A stretch of 50,174 nucleotides of DNA from a virus (taxonomy: Duplodnaviria; Caudoviricetes): IMG/VR virus record IMGVR_UViG_3300027804_000083, positions 1 through 50,174 of that record. One strand, written 5' to 3'. The translations under genes and the position numbers were made by a program. The stretch's first letter is position 1. The number at the start of each line of letters is the position of its first letter. A model generated the notes under the pieces. It saw nothing but the letters and a program-made list of their open reading frames with translations, searched no databases and had not been told where the DNA came from. Positions 25,559 through 35,411 of the stretch are shown here, one piece after another.

Positions 25559-28228
25559 TTATCTGCGGCCATCCGGGCGCAGGTCGATACGAGGTACCCC
25601 AAGCTGCCAAGACACCCCCAGTTCGGTCGATTCCAACTTAAAAGCCATCTGGCGTCCACGCAGACGCACAAATACTTCCTCAGTGAATTCTTGAACAGTG
25701 TAGGTACGTTGGTTTTGGTAGTTTTGGGCGCTGATTATGGACGGGTTTTCCTCGGTGCCGTATGGCGAGCCAGGAAATTTACGGGGACGGATTGTCATAT
25801 TGACCGTTGGATTGTTGATCGTAGATCCGTCAAAAGTTAAATCAGGAAGTATGCGCCACACAAATCCAAAATTGTGCCCGTCACCGATATCAAAATCAGA
25901 GGATTGGACATACGCGTAGATCGGTGACGCAGGGTTTGTGGTCCCGTCATCATTACCACTTTCTTGATTGACCAAAATACCGCACGGCTGGGGAGTAATT
26001 CCAGTCATCGTTTGAGAAGCAATAGTGAGCGGCGTGCTGATCGTATAGGTGCCCGTGCCCCCAGTGCCGGTTCCAAATGCGGTAATAGTTGTATTTGCGG
26101 GGATTTCATCTCCCACCAACGTCATACCCGATACTATGGCTCCTGCCGTCACCTGCGTAACGGTCAGAGTTGTGCTGGAAATGCTTCCAATAAACGTCGG
26201 AGTTGAAGGCAGTGTTGCAATCGGCGTATCCCGAAGTGGCGTGTCCAACCACGCTGTGCGAGTCATTGTCCCGTAGTACCACACGTTTTCCAGATGGTTG
26301 TAGACCACGTACTTGTCAATTTCCGAGGAGTTTGCAGAACAATAGAAGAACCACACCTCGTTGTATGCCTCGTTTGTCGTGGCAAAACACTGATACCCCT
26401 GGTTTAGGTTGATGTCGTCATACACATACTGGCGCAGTGTGGAGGGCAACGTGTCCACACGACCGGTGTACATGTAAAATTTATCTGTCCCCATCCAAAA
26501 TGTTATGTTGTTGGCCACAGCCACCGCATTGGGTCCAATCAACGAGATGTTGTCGCCCATGATTTGAAACCCCCACACATAAGGGGGCCCCAAAAACTGC
26601 ATGGAATACAGCGAGGTATCCGTCCACACCAGAATTTCCTGGCGGGTTTGTTGTTGCGTCACGATGGTAGAACCATGGCTCAGGCGGTAACTTCCTGCCT
26701 GATTGGTAGCCTCCGGCCACCACACAAACGGATCTTCTTGGTCCGACCAACGGATCAACATTGGGTCTTGCGCCGTGGGTGCGACCAAGTCCTTTCCCGC
26801 AGGCAACTCGTTGGTGCCAAATGCAATCACAAACCGCGACGCGTCAGACACGGTTACGAAGTTGGCAACCGAAGGGCAAGAGCTATCAGCAGTGAACGTG
26901 CCCCCTTTTAGAGTGACCGTGCTCAAAGGACCGAGCAACTGAGCACGATTGAATACTGCTGTGGGACTGTTGGCCCAGTAGTAGACAGCCCCGCCACGTG
27001 GGTTAATGATCAAGTCTTCGCCAAAATTGGATTGGCTCCACGTGCGCAGTTGAACGCCTTGTGATACGCCGGTAGTGGAAGGAGATCCCCACCCTGATAT
27101 CAAGCCCATGTATTGATAAACAGGGGTGCCAATCGTTGCTGCATTCGAAAACCCGTTCACTGCTCGAACACAATCTGTAAACGTGTTCCCTACAACTGTG
27201 ACGTAGCTGATGACCTCTCGACCAATTGTTATATACCCGCCCATTACATTAAACCCGGCAGTGGAAGCAACAGTGATTCCAAGCCCGAATGCTCCGGTCC
27301 AAACCGTTACACCCGTAGCCGCCACATGCGTTGTTGCCGTGCTCAAATAGCCACGAGTGCAGCCCGTGAAGGTAGTGGCCGTTTTGCCAGTGTAGTTAAT
27401 GATCTCAGAATCAATCGACAACGACCCGGTTGACGAAAAAGCAGCAGTAGTTGCCACAGAAATAGTGGTTGCCGACGCGCTCAAGGCAGTAGAAAGAGTG
27501 GTAAGCGGCAGTGCGCTCAGTGGGGCCCCTGTCAATGTTGAAGTTGCGGAAGGGCCCGAAGATCCGCCCCAGCCGCCCGCGCCCCAGCCTACTCCAGCGG
27601 TATAAGTGCCTCCACCTGTGTTGATTTGATACTGAGCAACGGTAGCTGCACCCCCGTTACCAACGTCCCCTCCAGTTGCATTAACCGGTAACGTGACGGT
27701 GTACTGGGAATCGCTGACGTAGGTAATTTGATATTCTGCGTTTAAAACCAACGCTGTTACCGCACCGCCAAGGGACACAGCTCCGCTAAAAGTAACAAAA
27801 TCCCCGTTTTGCGCCCCATGCGATATATCGGTGACAAGCAAGATGGGGGACCCTGAGCTGGCTGCAAATGTGACTCCACCAGGAGCCGTTGTACTTCTGA
27901 TGGGCGTTACATCATAAAAATAGCCCCCTGGGCCGTTCTGAATGTAGAACTTTAGGTTTGTTCCAAGCCCCAGGAGGTTGTAGCCAAGCAGGTTGATCCA
28001 GTTCCACAGTGAACGGCACACGCCCCAGAAGGATCCCGTTGGCGGAGCCAGTTCGCCCACAAACGTGGTGGTGTCCGCCGTGCCCTGATCCATCGTCCAT
28101 CCCCCAATTTTTTCGGGGTAGCCAGAACGGAATCGGATCTTGTCCGACTCAAAGTAGCCCCCTTCGTTGGCCAAGGAGGTGCCTTCCCGGTTAATGCCGG
28201 GACGAAGAGAGAGCTTTTGCAACGGCAT
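25559..28228 (-). CDS. tail hub/nozzle (stabilisation) protein with inserted beta domains
   Basis: MPLQKL..PGINRE N-terminus, IRWSDQED, RLRGRQ...WQLG...RPDGRR C-terminus; propeller-like composition. Confidence 0.7.
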   Translation of the reverse strand: MPLQKLSLRPGINREGTSLANEGGYFESDKIRFRSGYPEKIGGWTMDQGTADTTTFVGELAPPTGSFWGVCRSLWNWINLLGYNLLGLGTNLKFYIQNGPGGYFYDVTPIRSTTAPGGVTFAASSGSPILLVTDISHGAQNGDFVTFSGAVSLGGAVTALVLNAEYQITYVSDSQYTVTLPVNATGGDVGNGGAATVAQYQINTGGGTYTAGVGWGAGGWGGSSGPSATSTLTGAPLSALPLTTLSTALSASATTISVATTAAFSSTGSLSIDSEIINYTGKTATTFTGCTRGYLSTATTHVAATGVTVWTGAFGLGITVASTAGFNVMGGYITIGREVISYVTVVGNTFTDCVRAVNGFSNAATIGTPVYQYMGLISGWGSPSTTGVSQGVQLRTWSQSNFGEDLIINPRGGAVYYWANSPTAVFNRAQLLGPLSTVTLKGGTFTADSSCPSVANFVTVSDASRFVIAFGTNELPAGKDLVAPTAQDPMLIRWSDQEDPFVWWPEATNQAGSYRLSHGSTIVTQQQTRQEILVWTDTSLYSMQFLGPPYVWGFQIMGDNISLIGPNAVAVANNITFWMGTDKFYMYTGRVDTLPSTLRQYVYDDINLNQGYQCFATTNEAYNEVWFFYCSANSSEIDKYVVYNHLENVWYYGTMTRTAWLDTPLRDTPIATLPSTPTFIGSISSTTLTVTQVTAGAIVSGMTLVGDEIPANTTITAFGTGTGGTGTYTISTPLTIASQTMTGITPQPCGILVNQESGNDDGTTNPASPIYAYVQSSDFDIGDGHNFGFVWRILPDLTFDGSTINNPTVNMTIRPRKFPGSPYGTEENPSIISAQNYQNQRTYTVQEFTEEVFVRLRGRQMAFKLESTELGVSWQLGVPRIDLRPDGRR

Positions 28229-28291
28229 TTATGTTTCTCCGCCCGTTAGGAATTTCAAACAACAATGGTAGTGACAGCCCATGATCAAAAT

Positions 28292-29695
28292 TTAACGAAG
28301 TTCCCACCAGTAAGAAACGCCAGTATTTACTTTGTAAGTAGTGTTCGCCGGAATGATGACTGAAAAAGGACTGCTGTTGTTATTGTCACCACCAATAACA
28401 GCTGCAGCAACTCCGTTAATGTAAAAAGTAGCAGTTGTTGCACCTAGTGATACGGTAACCATAACCATAATTGCCCTACCAGTAGTATTGGTATAGGTTG
28501 TATTGGCAACCCGCTGCACACTAGGACTCAACATATTCTGCCAAGTCTGGTTTGAGCCAATTACGTTATAAGCAAGCTCTGATTGCACGTATCCGGTAGT
28601 AGCCACCGTCGTGTTATTTGTTCCCAAAGACTGTGTGGTGGCCGTTACGTTGCTGGCAATCGTGCCGCCAGATACCAAGTTGTTGGCATTCGTGGCAAGG
28701 CTGGCAGTAGTTGCGCTCGTTGCATTTTGTACCGCTGTAGCGCCAATTGCCGTGACAATGTCCGCAGAGGACGCGGCGGAGAAAGCACTGGAACCATTGC
28801 CTTTGACCAAAGCACCAGACGAGATGGACGTGGCCCCAGTGCCGCCATTTGCCACCGGCAACGTACCTGTAACGCCCGTTGTGAGCGGAAGCCCCGTAGC
28901 ATTCGTCAAGGTGATAGCAGAAGGGGTTCCCAAGTTAGGCGTGAGTAGCGTGGGGCTGTCCCACTTAACCACCGCCCCCAGACCCGTTGAGGTGGTCGCT
29001 CCGGTTCCGCCGTTAATCACATTCAATACGCCCGTGACCCCCGTGGTGAGAGGAAGCCCAGTTGCGTTCGTAAGAACAGCAGCAGAAGGCGTGCCCAGGT
29101 TAGGAGTGGTCAGCGCGGGGCTGGTAGATAGGACGTTGGATCCAGTGCCCGTTGAGGTCGTCACGCCCGTTCCGCCATTGGCCACGGCCAACGTGCCGGA
29201 CATGGTGATCGTGCCCGAGTCAGTGATCGGGCCCCCGGAGAACGTCAGTCCGGTGGTGCCGCCAGAAACGTTGATCGAGCTGACCGTGACGTTGTAAAAG
29301 TTCGTCCCATTACTAAAAACAACAGCCTTCTCCCCCGCCTTGATCGTGGCATACGATCCCGCAGCAGTGGTATTACCAATCACCGTTGAGTTGTACAGCT
29401 TCATGTCCCCCAAGGTCTGGTTCCAAATAATGTAGGACTTAGTGACCGGAGGAGCGTAGATGTTGAACGGAGAGGCAAACGAAGCAAACGCCAGCAGCGC
29501 CATGCGCGACTGGTCCTCTGTCCCGTTGTTGGCGGTAAGAGCTTGGTTTGCGCTGGTCACGGTGACCGTAGCGAAGCCCGTGATTGCCTCTTCCACCAGG
29601 GTTCCCAGGTTGTAGTTGGTCGTGTTGCCCCAGGTTCCAGCCTCAGCTCCGCTGGCAATCAAATTCAAACGCAGATTTGAGGAATAGGTCGTCAT
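28292..29695 (-). CDS. tail fibre protein
   Basis: GTWGNTTN head, VANGGTG shaft repeats, C-terminal YTNTTGRAI...WWELR tip. Confidence 0.8.
   Translation of the reverse strand: MTTYSSNLRLNLIASGAEAGTWGNTTNYNLGTLVEEAITGFATVTVTSANQALTANNGTEDQSRMALLAFASFASPFNIYAPPVTKSYIIWNQTLGDMKLYNSTVIGNTTAAGSYATIKAGEKAVVFSNGTNFYNVTVSSINVSGGTTGLTFSGGPITDSGTITMSGTLAVANGGTGVTTSTGTGSNVLSTSPALTTPNLGTPSAAVLTNATGLPLTTGVTGVLNVINGGTGATTSTGLGAVVKWDSPTLLTPNLGTPSAITLTNATGLPLTTGVTGTLPVANGGTGATSISSGALVKGNGSSAFSAASSADIVTAIGATAVQNATSATTASLATNANNLVSGGTIASNVTATTQSLGTNNTTVATTGYVQSELAYNVIGSNQTWQNMLSPSVQRVANTTYTNTTGRAIMVMVTVSLGATTATFYINGVAAAVIGGDNNNSSPFSVIIPANTTYKVNTGVSYWWELR
28826..29197 (-). repeat. 55-aa (165-nt) shaft repeat, two full copies plus a partial
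   Basis: Units start at 29197, 29032 and 28867: G-x-L-x-V-x-NGGTG...TPNLGTPSA..LTNATGLPLTTGVT. Confidence 0.85.
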
Positions 29696-29706
29696 GTGTC
29701 ACTCCG

Positions 29707-32700
29707 TTACATGGTGGGTATATTTTGCCAGTTGGGGTCCTGGTTGTCATCAATTTCAGTCCAGCTCTGGGGCTGAGTATTCACAACCGGCACCCATCCA
29801 GGCGTCTGGCTGTCATCAACTGGGCTCCATAAGAAGTCCCCAAGGAACGCATCAGATGCCGTTGCCAATTCTGATAACTGCGCGTTATAACTTACTGCAG
29901 GAACGTTGGTTTCCGTTGCGGCTGCAGTATCAACCACGGAAACCCCAAAGGTAAATATGGGGGAAATAAGTTCCGTTATTGCGGCTGTTTCGTTTAGGAA
30001 GGCCGCAGCGCCCAAGCGGGCGCTTGGGGCGTCAGTAATCGTACCTGATTCGGACACTACCGTATACAAGCTGTTTAGGCCAAGAATGGCGTCGGCCACC
30101 GTGGTAGAGTCAGCAAAACTGGCCGGAATAAACAAAGCCATGGAAATGTTGTCCGTGGCAGTTGCTGAGTCCGCAGAGGCCACATTGAACGTACCGCGCA
30201 CGGTAACGGCATCTGTTCCCGTAGCTTGCTCTTGAATTGAAGTGAGGAAGTCCGCCCGGGTTGTCAAGGCATCCGTTGCCGTGGCTGTTTCAGCCGCGTA
30301 GGCTACCGCATACAGCAGCGCACTGTTGGAGTCCGTGGCTGTGGAAGTCTCGGAAATAACGCCAGCAAACGCCAACCCCGGCAAGTACGCATCTGAGGCA
30401 GCTAGGGAGTCGGCAAACGCAGCGGCAAACGCCAGTCCACTGATGTACTGATCCGTGCCAGTAGCCGACTCGTCCACAACCCCGAAGAAGGTCATTACCC
30501 CGGAAACGGCGTCCGTCCCGGTGACTGTTTCCAGAATGATGGGGAAGAAGTCAGCCTGCGCCGACAGGGAATCCGTAGCCGTGGCGGTCTCGCTGATTAC
30601 TCCGCCAAACAGAGCGGCAGCATTGAATAAGTCAGTAGCCGTAGAGGTCTCTGCAATATCCCCTGTATAGGTGCCACCGCCGGTTGGGACGTAGGCAATG
30701 ACGATTATGCCTTGAGTACCTGCGCCGCCTGTGTTAACAGTAGTTGATGAATTTGATGTTCCTCCACTACCGCCTGAACCATAATTGGCACCGGCCACAC
30801 CTGCTGTGCTAGACGTACCTGTAGGAGCAGAACCACCAGGGCCGCCACCACCGCCAATGGTGTTAAGAATATCAATACCCGCGCCACCTGCTTTACCAGC
30901 GGAGTTGACGCCGCCACCACCGCCGCCACCGACTGTGCCTGCCGTATTAGAAGCGCCGCCACCAGCGCCGCCAAAATTGTTACCGCCTGTGCCGCCAAGA
31001 GCAGAAGATGCGTTACCACCAGCAGAACCACCGCCGTTACCACCACCGCCACCACCAGCCGTGTTGGCCGCAGTCGCGTTAGCAAAACCAATACCGCCGT
31101 TGCCCCCGGCTCCATTAGGCCCAGCAGCGCCGCCGCCACCGCCACCAGTAACATATACACCAGAGGTTGTGGTCGTTGAACCCGCGCCACCAGTACCACC
31201 AGAATATGTACCGGAACCGCCTGTTCCACCTACTGATGTAGGAGTTGTTGTTGTAGTACCGCCAGCACCCCCTGTGGCAGTATTGGTTACCGCCCAAGAA
31301 GTTGTACCGCCTGTGCCGCCAGTAGTTCCACCTGCTGTTCCTGCTGTGCCGACCGCAACAGTAATTGAAGAACCGCCCGTGGTTGAATAATTTGTTACCG
31401 AGGTATAGCCACCACCACCGCCGCCAGCGCCACCTGCTTTGTTAGTTGCAGATGGTGCGCGAGCGCCTGACCCACCGCCTCCACCGCCAATCAAATGAAT
31501 GGTGTTTGTGTTGTTCCAGTCACTAGGAACAGTCCATGATGTGGTGGCTGTGTTGGTGATCTGATAAACCTTGAGCGCACCTGCTCCGCCAGCTTGGAAC
31601 AAACCACCAGTGTTGTTGCCGCTGTTTGTGGAGTTTGCTCCTAGATACCAGACATACGGGGTTGTTCCGTCAGTAGCTGGCAGGGGAGAAAAGGAGACAT
31701 CTTGCACGTTGAGGTAATTGGTGGATACTGTGCCGCCACCCGATAACGTGAGAGTTCCTCTGGTTCCAGCTGTTGAACTGTTTATTGTTAATAATTTTGC
31801 CGCCGCACCTGCGCCAGTAAATTGAGAAACAGTTTGCGCAACAGAGGACGTCAATGTTATTGTTGTGGCGGCTGTTGCGGTATAGGTTGCAGTAATGTCT
31901 TTGAAGGTGTTTGTACCGCTAATGGTTAATGCACCCGCACCGCCTTGGTCAAGCGTTATGTTTGTATAAGCAACGCTTCCACCTGCAAATGTTTTTGCAG
32001 TAGCGGCAGTCAAGCTGACTGTGCCGGTTCCAGTAACGGTTAAATTTGTGGAAGTTGCAGCGCTCCACGCAGAACCTCCGCTTGTGAGAGTCCAAGTGCC
32101 AGAACCAATTGCAAGAGTTCTTACGTTAGAGTTACTAGAAGAAAACGAACCAGCAGTTACGTTGTAGGTTGTGGCATCAAACGTACCGTTGGTTAGCGTA
32201 AGCGTACTTGAACCAATGTTCAACGCATCCTGAAGCTGCCATGTACCGCCCACCCCGTTAAAAGTCATGCTTCGGGAAAGAGCCACCCCTGCGCTGGTGA
32301 TTGTCTTGGTTCCGCTAGTGGCTGCAAACGTAGTAGGCCCAGTACCTGTAGTCGTCATGCCTGATTTTAGAGTCAGGTTTCCGTAACAAGTCAAAGCGCT
32401 GCTAGAACCTGCCCATATACCAGTAAATGTAGATAAACCACCGTTGGAAAAATCAAGATTTCTAGCAACGCTTGGTTGTGCAAATTGATATGATCCAGCA
32501 GTAATAATAAAATTGATTGAATTTGCTTCTGTAACAGCCCCAGAAGAAAGTGTTATTGCGGTAGCACCAGAATAGGTTAAATATACGTTAGGCGTTCCAG
32601 TAATAGTTGTGCTGACTGACCCTATCCATGGGCTTCCAGAGCTTGTTAATGAAATATTACCAGTACCGAACGCAAGCGTACCCCCGCCACAGGAAAACAA

Positions 32701-34209
32701 ACCTGTTGTCCAAGTCAGATTATTTAGGTCTAAGGTTCCAGCCGTAAGCACTGTTGTGCGAGTCGAGCCGGTTGTAAAAGCATCTTGAGCAGTTACAGTA
32801 CCACCAGGACTATTGATCGTGATTGGTTGAGTAAACGATTTACCTGCGCTGGTGATTGTTTGGCTTACACGACCAGCAAAAGTTATTATGTCTATTCCTG
32901 TTAATGTAGTTCCAGTACCGTTAATCCAGTTACCATAAATTGTAGGCGTAAAGGTGCTTGAGGCCAGCGTCATTGTGTTGCTGGTCCTAGCTGACATATC
33001 AATCGTGCCAATATTCCACTCTTTATTTATAGTAACTGTAACGCCACTATTAAGTCCGGTTGCCTCAAATATTGCAGTATCCTGGGCAAGAGGAAAATTG
33101 TTTACAGCAGGACTTGCGCCACTACTAGCCGCCCATCCAGTAGCAGACCAGTTGCCTCCAGCAGCAAGGTTCCAATAAACAGTTTTTGCGGCAGGAAACG
33201 TGATACCTGAGTTGCCGCCGCAGTCCCCTGCGCGAGTCGGAGATCCACCCGAAGCAGTTCCAGCTATTGTGATGTCTCTAAAATCACAGTCTGTGGCAGA
33301 TAAAGTACCAACAGTCAACGTGCGAGTAGTCCCGACAATTGCATTATTTGAAGAATCTCCAGACTGAACGTATATACGCCTGATAGCTGATCCACCTGCA
33401 ACTGAAAGCGTATTACTGATTGTCTGGTTGGCATTAAAACGTAAGACAAATATACCGGCTGATGACGGCGGCGTTACGGTTAAATTATTAAATGTATTAA
33501 TTCCTTGAATTGAAAGAGCACCATCACTGGTGCTTGTCGCAGTTACGTTATAAAAAGTTAACCCTCCGCTATTAATAACTGGAAAATTGTTTGATACATT
33601 TATTTGCGATGTTCCAGCATTGAATGTCAGGTTTGTTATGGTGCTCATGCTTATTGCACCACCCGCACTTAATGTAACCGTACTTGAACCAAGCGTAATT
33701 GTTCTAGTATTACTGTTGTTAGAAGAAATACTTCCAGCAGTAAAGTTGTAGTTACCAGTGTCAAACGTACCATTTGTTACAGTAAGACTGTTTGATCCGA
33801 TATTTAATGCACTACCTAATGTCCATGCTCCACCAACTCCGTTAAGTGTTATCCCCCCGCTAATGGTTGTGCCATTGGTGGTAATTGTCTTGCCAGTGGT
33901 TGTGGCGTTAAACGTAATGGTGCCCGTGTTATTCCATACAGTTCCAGCAATCAATGACATGGACCCGCTTACGGCAAGCGTAGGACCTGTCCCCTGATTA
34001 AACGTAATTGTGCCAGCGGAAACAGTAAGGTCCAGACAGGTCAATCCATTCGCCATGGTGACGGTGTAGGTTCCTGCCTGATCGAAAAATACAGAATCAG
34101 CAGCAGTCGGCGCAGACGCGCCACCAGCGCCGCCAGACGTAGCGGACCAGCTTGTTGTAGAGACGGCAGTCCAGCTACCCGACCCCCCAACCCAATAGCG
34201 GTTTGCCAT
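29707..34209 (-). CDS. 1500-aa Gly/Thr/Ser-rich fibre/adhesin-like virion protein
   Basis: MANRYWVGGSGSW N-terminus, beta-helix-like repeats, Gly-rich domain, C-terminal 20-aa repeats. Confidence 0.7.
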   Translation of the reverse strand: MANRYWVGGSGSWTAVSTTSWSATSGGAGGASAPTAADSVFFDQAGTYTVTMANGLTCLDLTVSAGTITFNQGTGPTLAVSGSMSLIAGTVWNNTGTITFNATTTGKTITTNGTTISGGITLNGVGGAWTLGSALNIGSNSLTVTNGTFDTGNYNFTAGSISSNNSNTRTITLGSSTVTLSAGGAISMSTITNLTFNAGTSQINVSNNFPVINSGGLTFYNVTATSTSDGALSIQGINTFNNLTVTPPSSAGIFVLRFNANQTISNTLSVAGGSAIRRIYVQSGDSSNNAIVGTTRTLTVGTLSATDCDFRDITIAGTASGGSPTRAGDCGGNSGITFPAAKTVYWNLAAGGNWSATGWAASSGASPAVNNFPLAQDTAIFEATGLNSGVTVTINKEWNIGTIDMSARTSNTMTLASSTFTPTIYGNWINGTGTTLTGIDIITFAGRVSQTITSAGKSFTQPITINSPGGTVTAQDAFTTGSTRTTVLTAGTLDLNNLTWTTGLFSCGGGTLAFGTGNISLTSSGSPWIGSVSTTITGTPNVYLTYSGATAITLSSGAVTEANSINFIITAGSYQFAQPSVARNLDFSNGGLSTFTGIWAGSSSALTCYGNLTLKSGMTTTGTGPTTFAATSGTKTITSAGVALSRSMTFNGVGGTWQLQDALNIGSSTLTLTNGTFDATTYNVTAGSFSSSNSNVRTLAIGSGTWTLTSGGSAWSAATSTNLTVTGTGTVSLTAATAKTFAGGSVAYTNITLDQGGAGALTISGTNTFKDITATYTATAATTITLTSSVAQTVSQFTGAGAAAKLLTINSSTAGTRGTLTLSGGGTVSTNYLNVQDVSFSPLPATDGTTPYVWYLGANSTNSGNNTGGLFQAGGAGALKVYQITNTATTSWTVPSDWNNTNTIHLIGGGGGGSGARAPSATNKAGGAGGGGGGYTSVTNYSTTGGSSITVAVGTAGTAGGTTGGTGGTTSWAVTNTATGGAGGTTTTTPTSVGGTGGSGTYSGGTGGAGSTTTTSGVYVTGGGGGGAAGPNGAGGNGGIGFANATAANTAGGGGGGNGGGSAGGNASSALGGTGGNNFGGAGGGASNTAGTVGGGGGGGVNSAGKAGGAGIDILNTIGGGGGPGGSAPTGTSSTAGVAGANYGSGGSGGTSNSSTTVNTGGAGTQGIIVIAYVPTGGGTYTGDIAETSTATDLFNAAALFGGVISETATATDSLSAQADFFPIILETVTGTDAVSGVMTFFGVVDESATGTDQYISGLAFAAAFADSLAASDAYLPGLAFAGVISETSTATDSNSALLYAVAYAAETATATDALTTRADFLTSIQEQATGTDAVTVRGTFNVASADSATATDNISMALFIPASFADSTTVADAILGLNSLYTVVSESGTITDAPSARLGAAAFLNETAAITELISPIFTFGVSVVDTAAATETNVPAVSYNAQLSELATASDAFLGDFLWSPVDDSQTPGWVPVVNTQPQSWTEIDDNQDPNWQNIPTM
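29824..30663 (-). repeat. 14 x 20-aa degenerate repeat ([ED]-[TS]-x-T-x-T-D)
   Basis: Unbroken 60-nt period from GDIAETSTATD to AQLSELATASDAFLGDFLWS. Confidence 0.8.
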
Positions 34210-34392
34210 TTACACCTCCGGCGCTGGAGGTTCGTCAGGTGGCGGGGCAGTTACGGCGGCAATCCAGTTATCAAGGCGCTGCTGTTTCATGGCAGCGATT
34301 TCTGCGCCGGACAAGTTGTGGTCGTCCGGTAGATGCAGCGCATCCGCGAATCTTCCATACTGGGTCTCAAACTCGAAATCAATCTTGATCAT
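34210..34392 (-). CDS. small hypothetical protein, possible fibre partner
   Basis: 60 aa; stop abuts the ATG of the 1500-aa gene. Confidence 0.7.
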   Translation of the reverse strand: MIKIDFEFETQYGRFADALHLPDDHNLSGAEIAAMKQQRLDNWIAAVTAPPPDEPPAPEV

Positions 34393-34403
34393 CGCCGTCT
34401 CTA

Positions 34404-34979
34404 TTAGCCAGCCAAGCTCAGGGTGTAGGTCACGTTCAGGGTGTCGCCAGAAGCAACCGAGCGGTCGCCGCCCGTGAAGTCAGCGGCAGAGAACAGCGTA
34501 CCGGTAGAACCCGACTTGGTGTTGTTGCTGACCAAGAATGCGCCGCCAACGGTGGACGTAGCGTTTATGTTGAACACCGCAACCGAGGCGGAGTTCGTAG
34601 CCACCGAGGGGTTGGCCGTCGTTGCCGTGGCAAACGTACAGGCGGGGCGGGTGGCGTTGCTGTAGGGCACGACTTCCGTCCAGCCAGCGTGGGAGGACAT
34701 GGTGTCACCAGCGGCAGGGGTGTTAGACGCGCCAGCGCCGTACAGGCCGATGTACCAAGTCGTGATCTGGGCAACCGAGGTCAGGGCCGTGCCGCACATG
34801 TATTGCAGACCGACGTTCACCACGAGGTTGTGGTTCTCAGCAGACCATTTCAGCTTGCCTTCGGAGTCGTAGCACTCCATGGTGAATTTACCCAAAGCCA
34901 TCAACTGGTCTTCGGGCTGGCCGCTACGGATCAAGGTTCCGCTGACGGTGTCGGTAGAGATTGCTTTTTCGATGGACAT
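34404..34979 (-). CDS. virion structural protein
   Basis: AGGAG RBS; NLVVNVG...WYIGLY...GDTLNVTYTLSL beta protein. Confidence 0.7.
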   Translation of the reverse strand: MSIEKAISTDTVSGTLIRSGQPEDQLMALGKFTMECYDSEGKLKWSAENHNLVVNVGLQYMCGTALTSVAQITTWYIGLYGAGASNTPAAGDTMSSHAGWTEVVPYSNATRPACTFATATTANPSVATNSASVAVFNINATSTVGGAFLVSNNTKSGSTGTLFSAADFTGGDRSVASGDTLNVTYTLSLAG

Positions 34980-34988
34980 GATTACTCC

Positions 34989-35411
34989 TTAGGTGATGCG
35001 AATCAGTGCTGATTCTGGGGTGTATGCAGGAAATTGAATCTTGAACTCCTGAGTCAGGGTCACCTGATCCAACCCAAAATTCATCACACCAATGGCTTTA
35101 TTGCCCTTCGTGTAATTGTAGATCAAAGCACCACGCGCTGAAAAGGTGGTGGCATACCAAATTGGGTCACTAAAGGTGGCATAGCCCGTGCCATTTCCGC
35201 CCCCTACCTGGGGCAGCAATAGCACTTGGCCCCCAGTGGTGTAGTTAGTCCCCGAGCTGGAGACCTCCCCCACCGGCGTGTAGACCGTGGTTTCTGGGCC
35301 CAGCTCAGCTGCAGAGGTGTACAGCGCGATCTTGATCACGTCGTTCAGCAAGTCGTGGATCCCCAAGAGGACCTCTCTTTTGAAGCTGGTGACGAGTCCT
35401 GCGGTAATCAT
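34989..35411 (-). CDS. virion structural protein
   Basis: SFKREVLLGIHD, KIALYT, YTTGG, ARGALIYN. Confidence 0.7.
   Translation of the reverse strand: MITAGLVTSFKREVLLGIHDLLNDVIKIALYTSAAELGPETTVYTPVGEVSSSGTNYTTGGQVLLLPQVGGGNGTGYATFSDPIWYATTFSARGALIYNYTKGNKAIGVMNFGLDQVTLTQEFKIQFPAYTPESALIRIT

Noticed and set aside
30785-31390. Pro-rich 201-aa plus-strand ORF
   Set aside because: Mirror of poly-Gly codons in the fibre gene
28292-34209. Diversity-generating retroelement or invertible cassette at fibre genes
   Set aside because: No reverse transcriptase or invertase; repeats are in-frame and not adenine-specific variants
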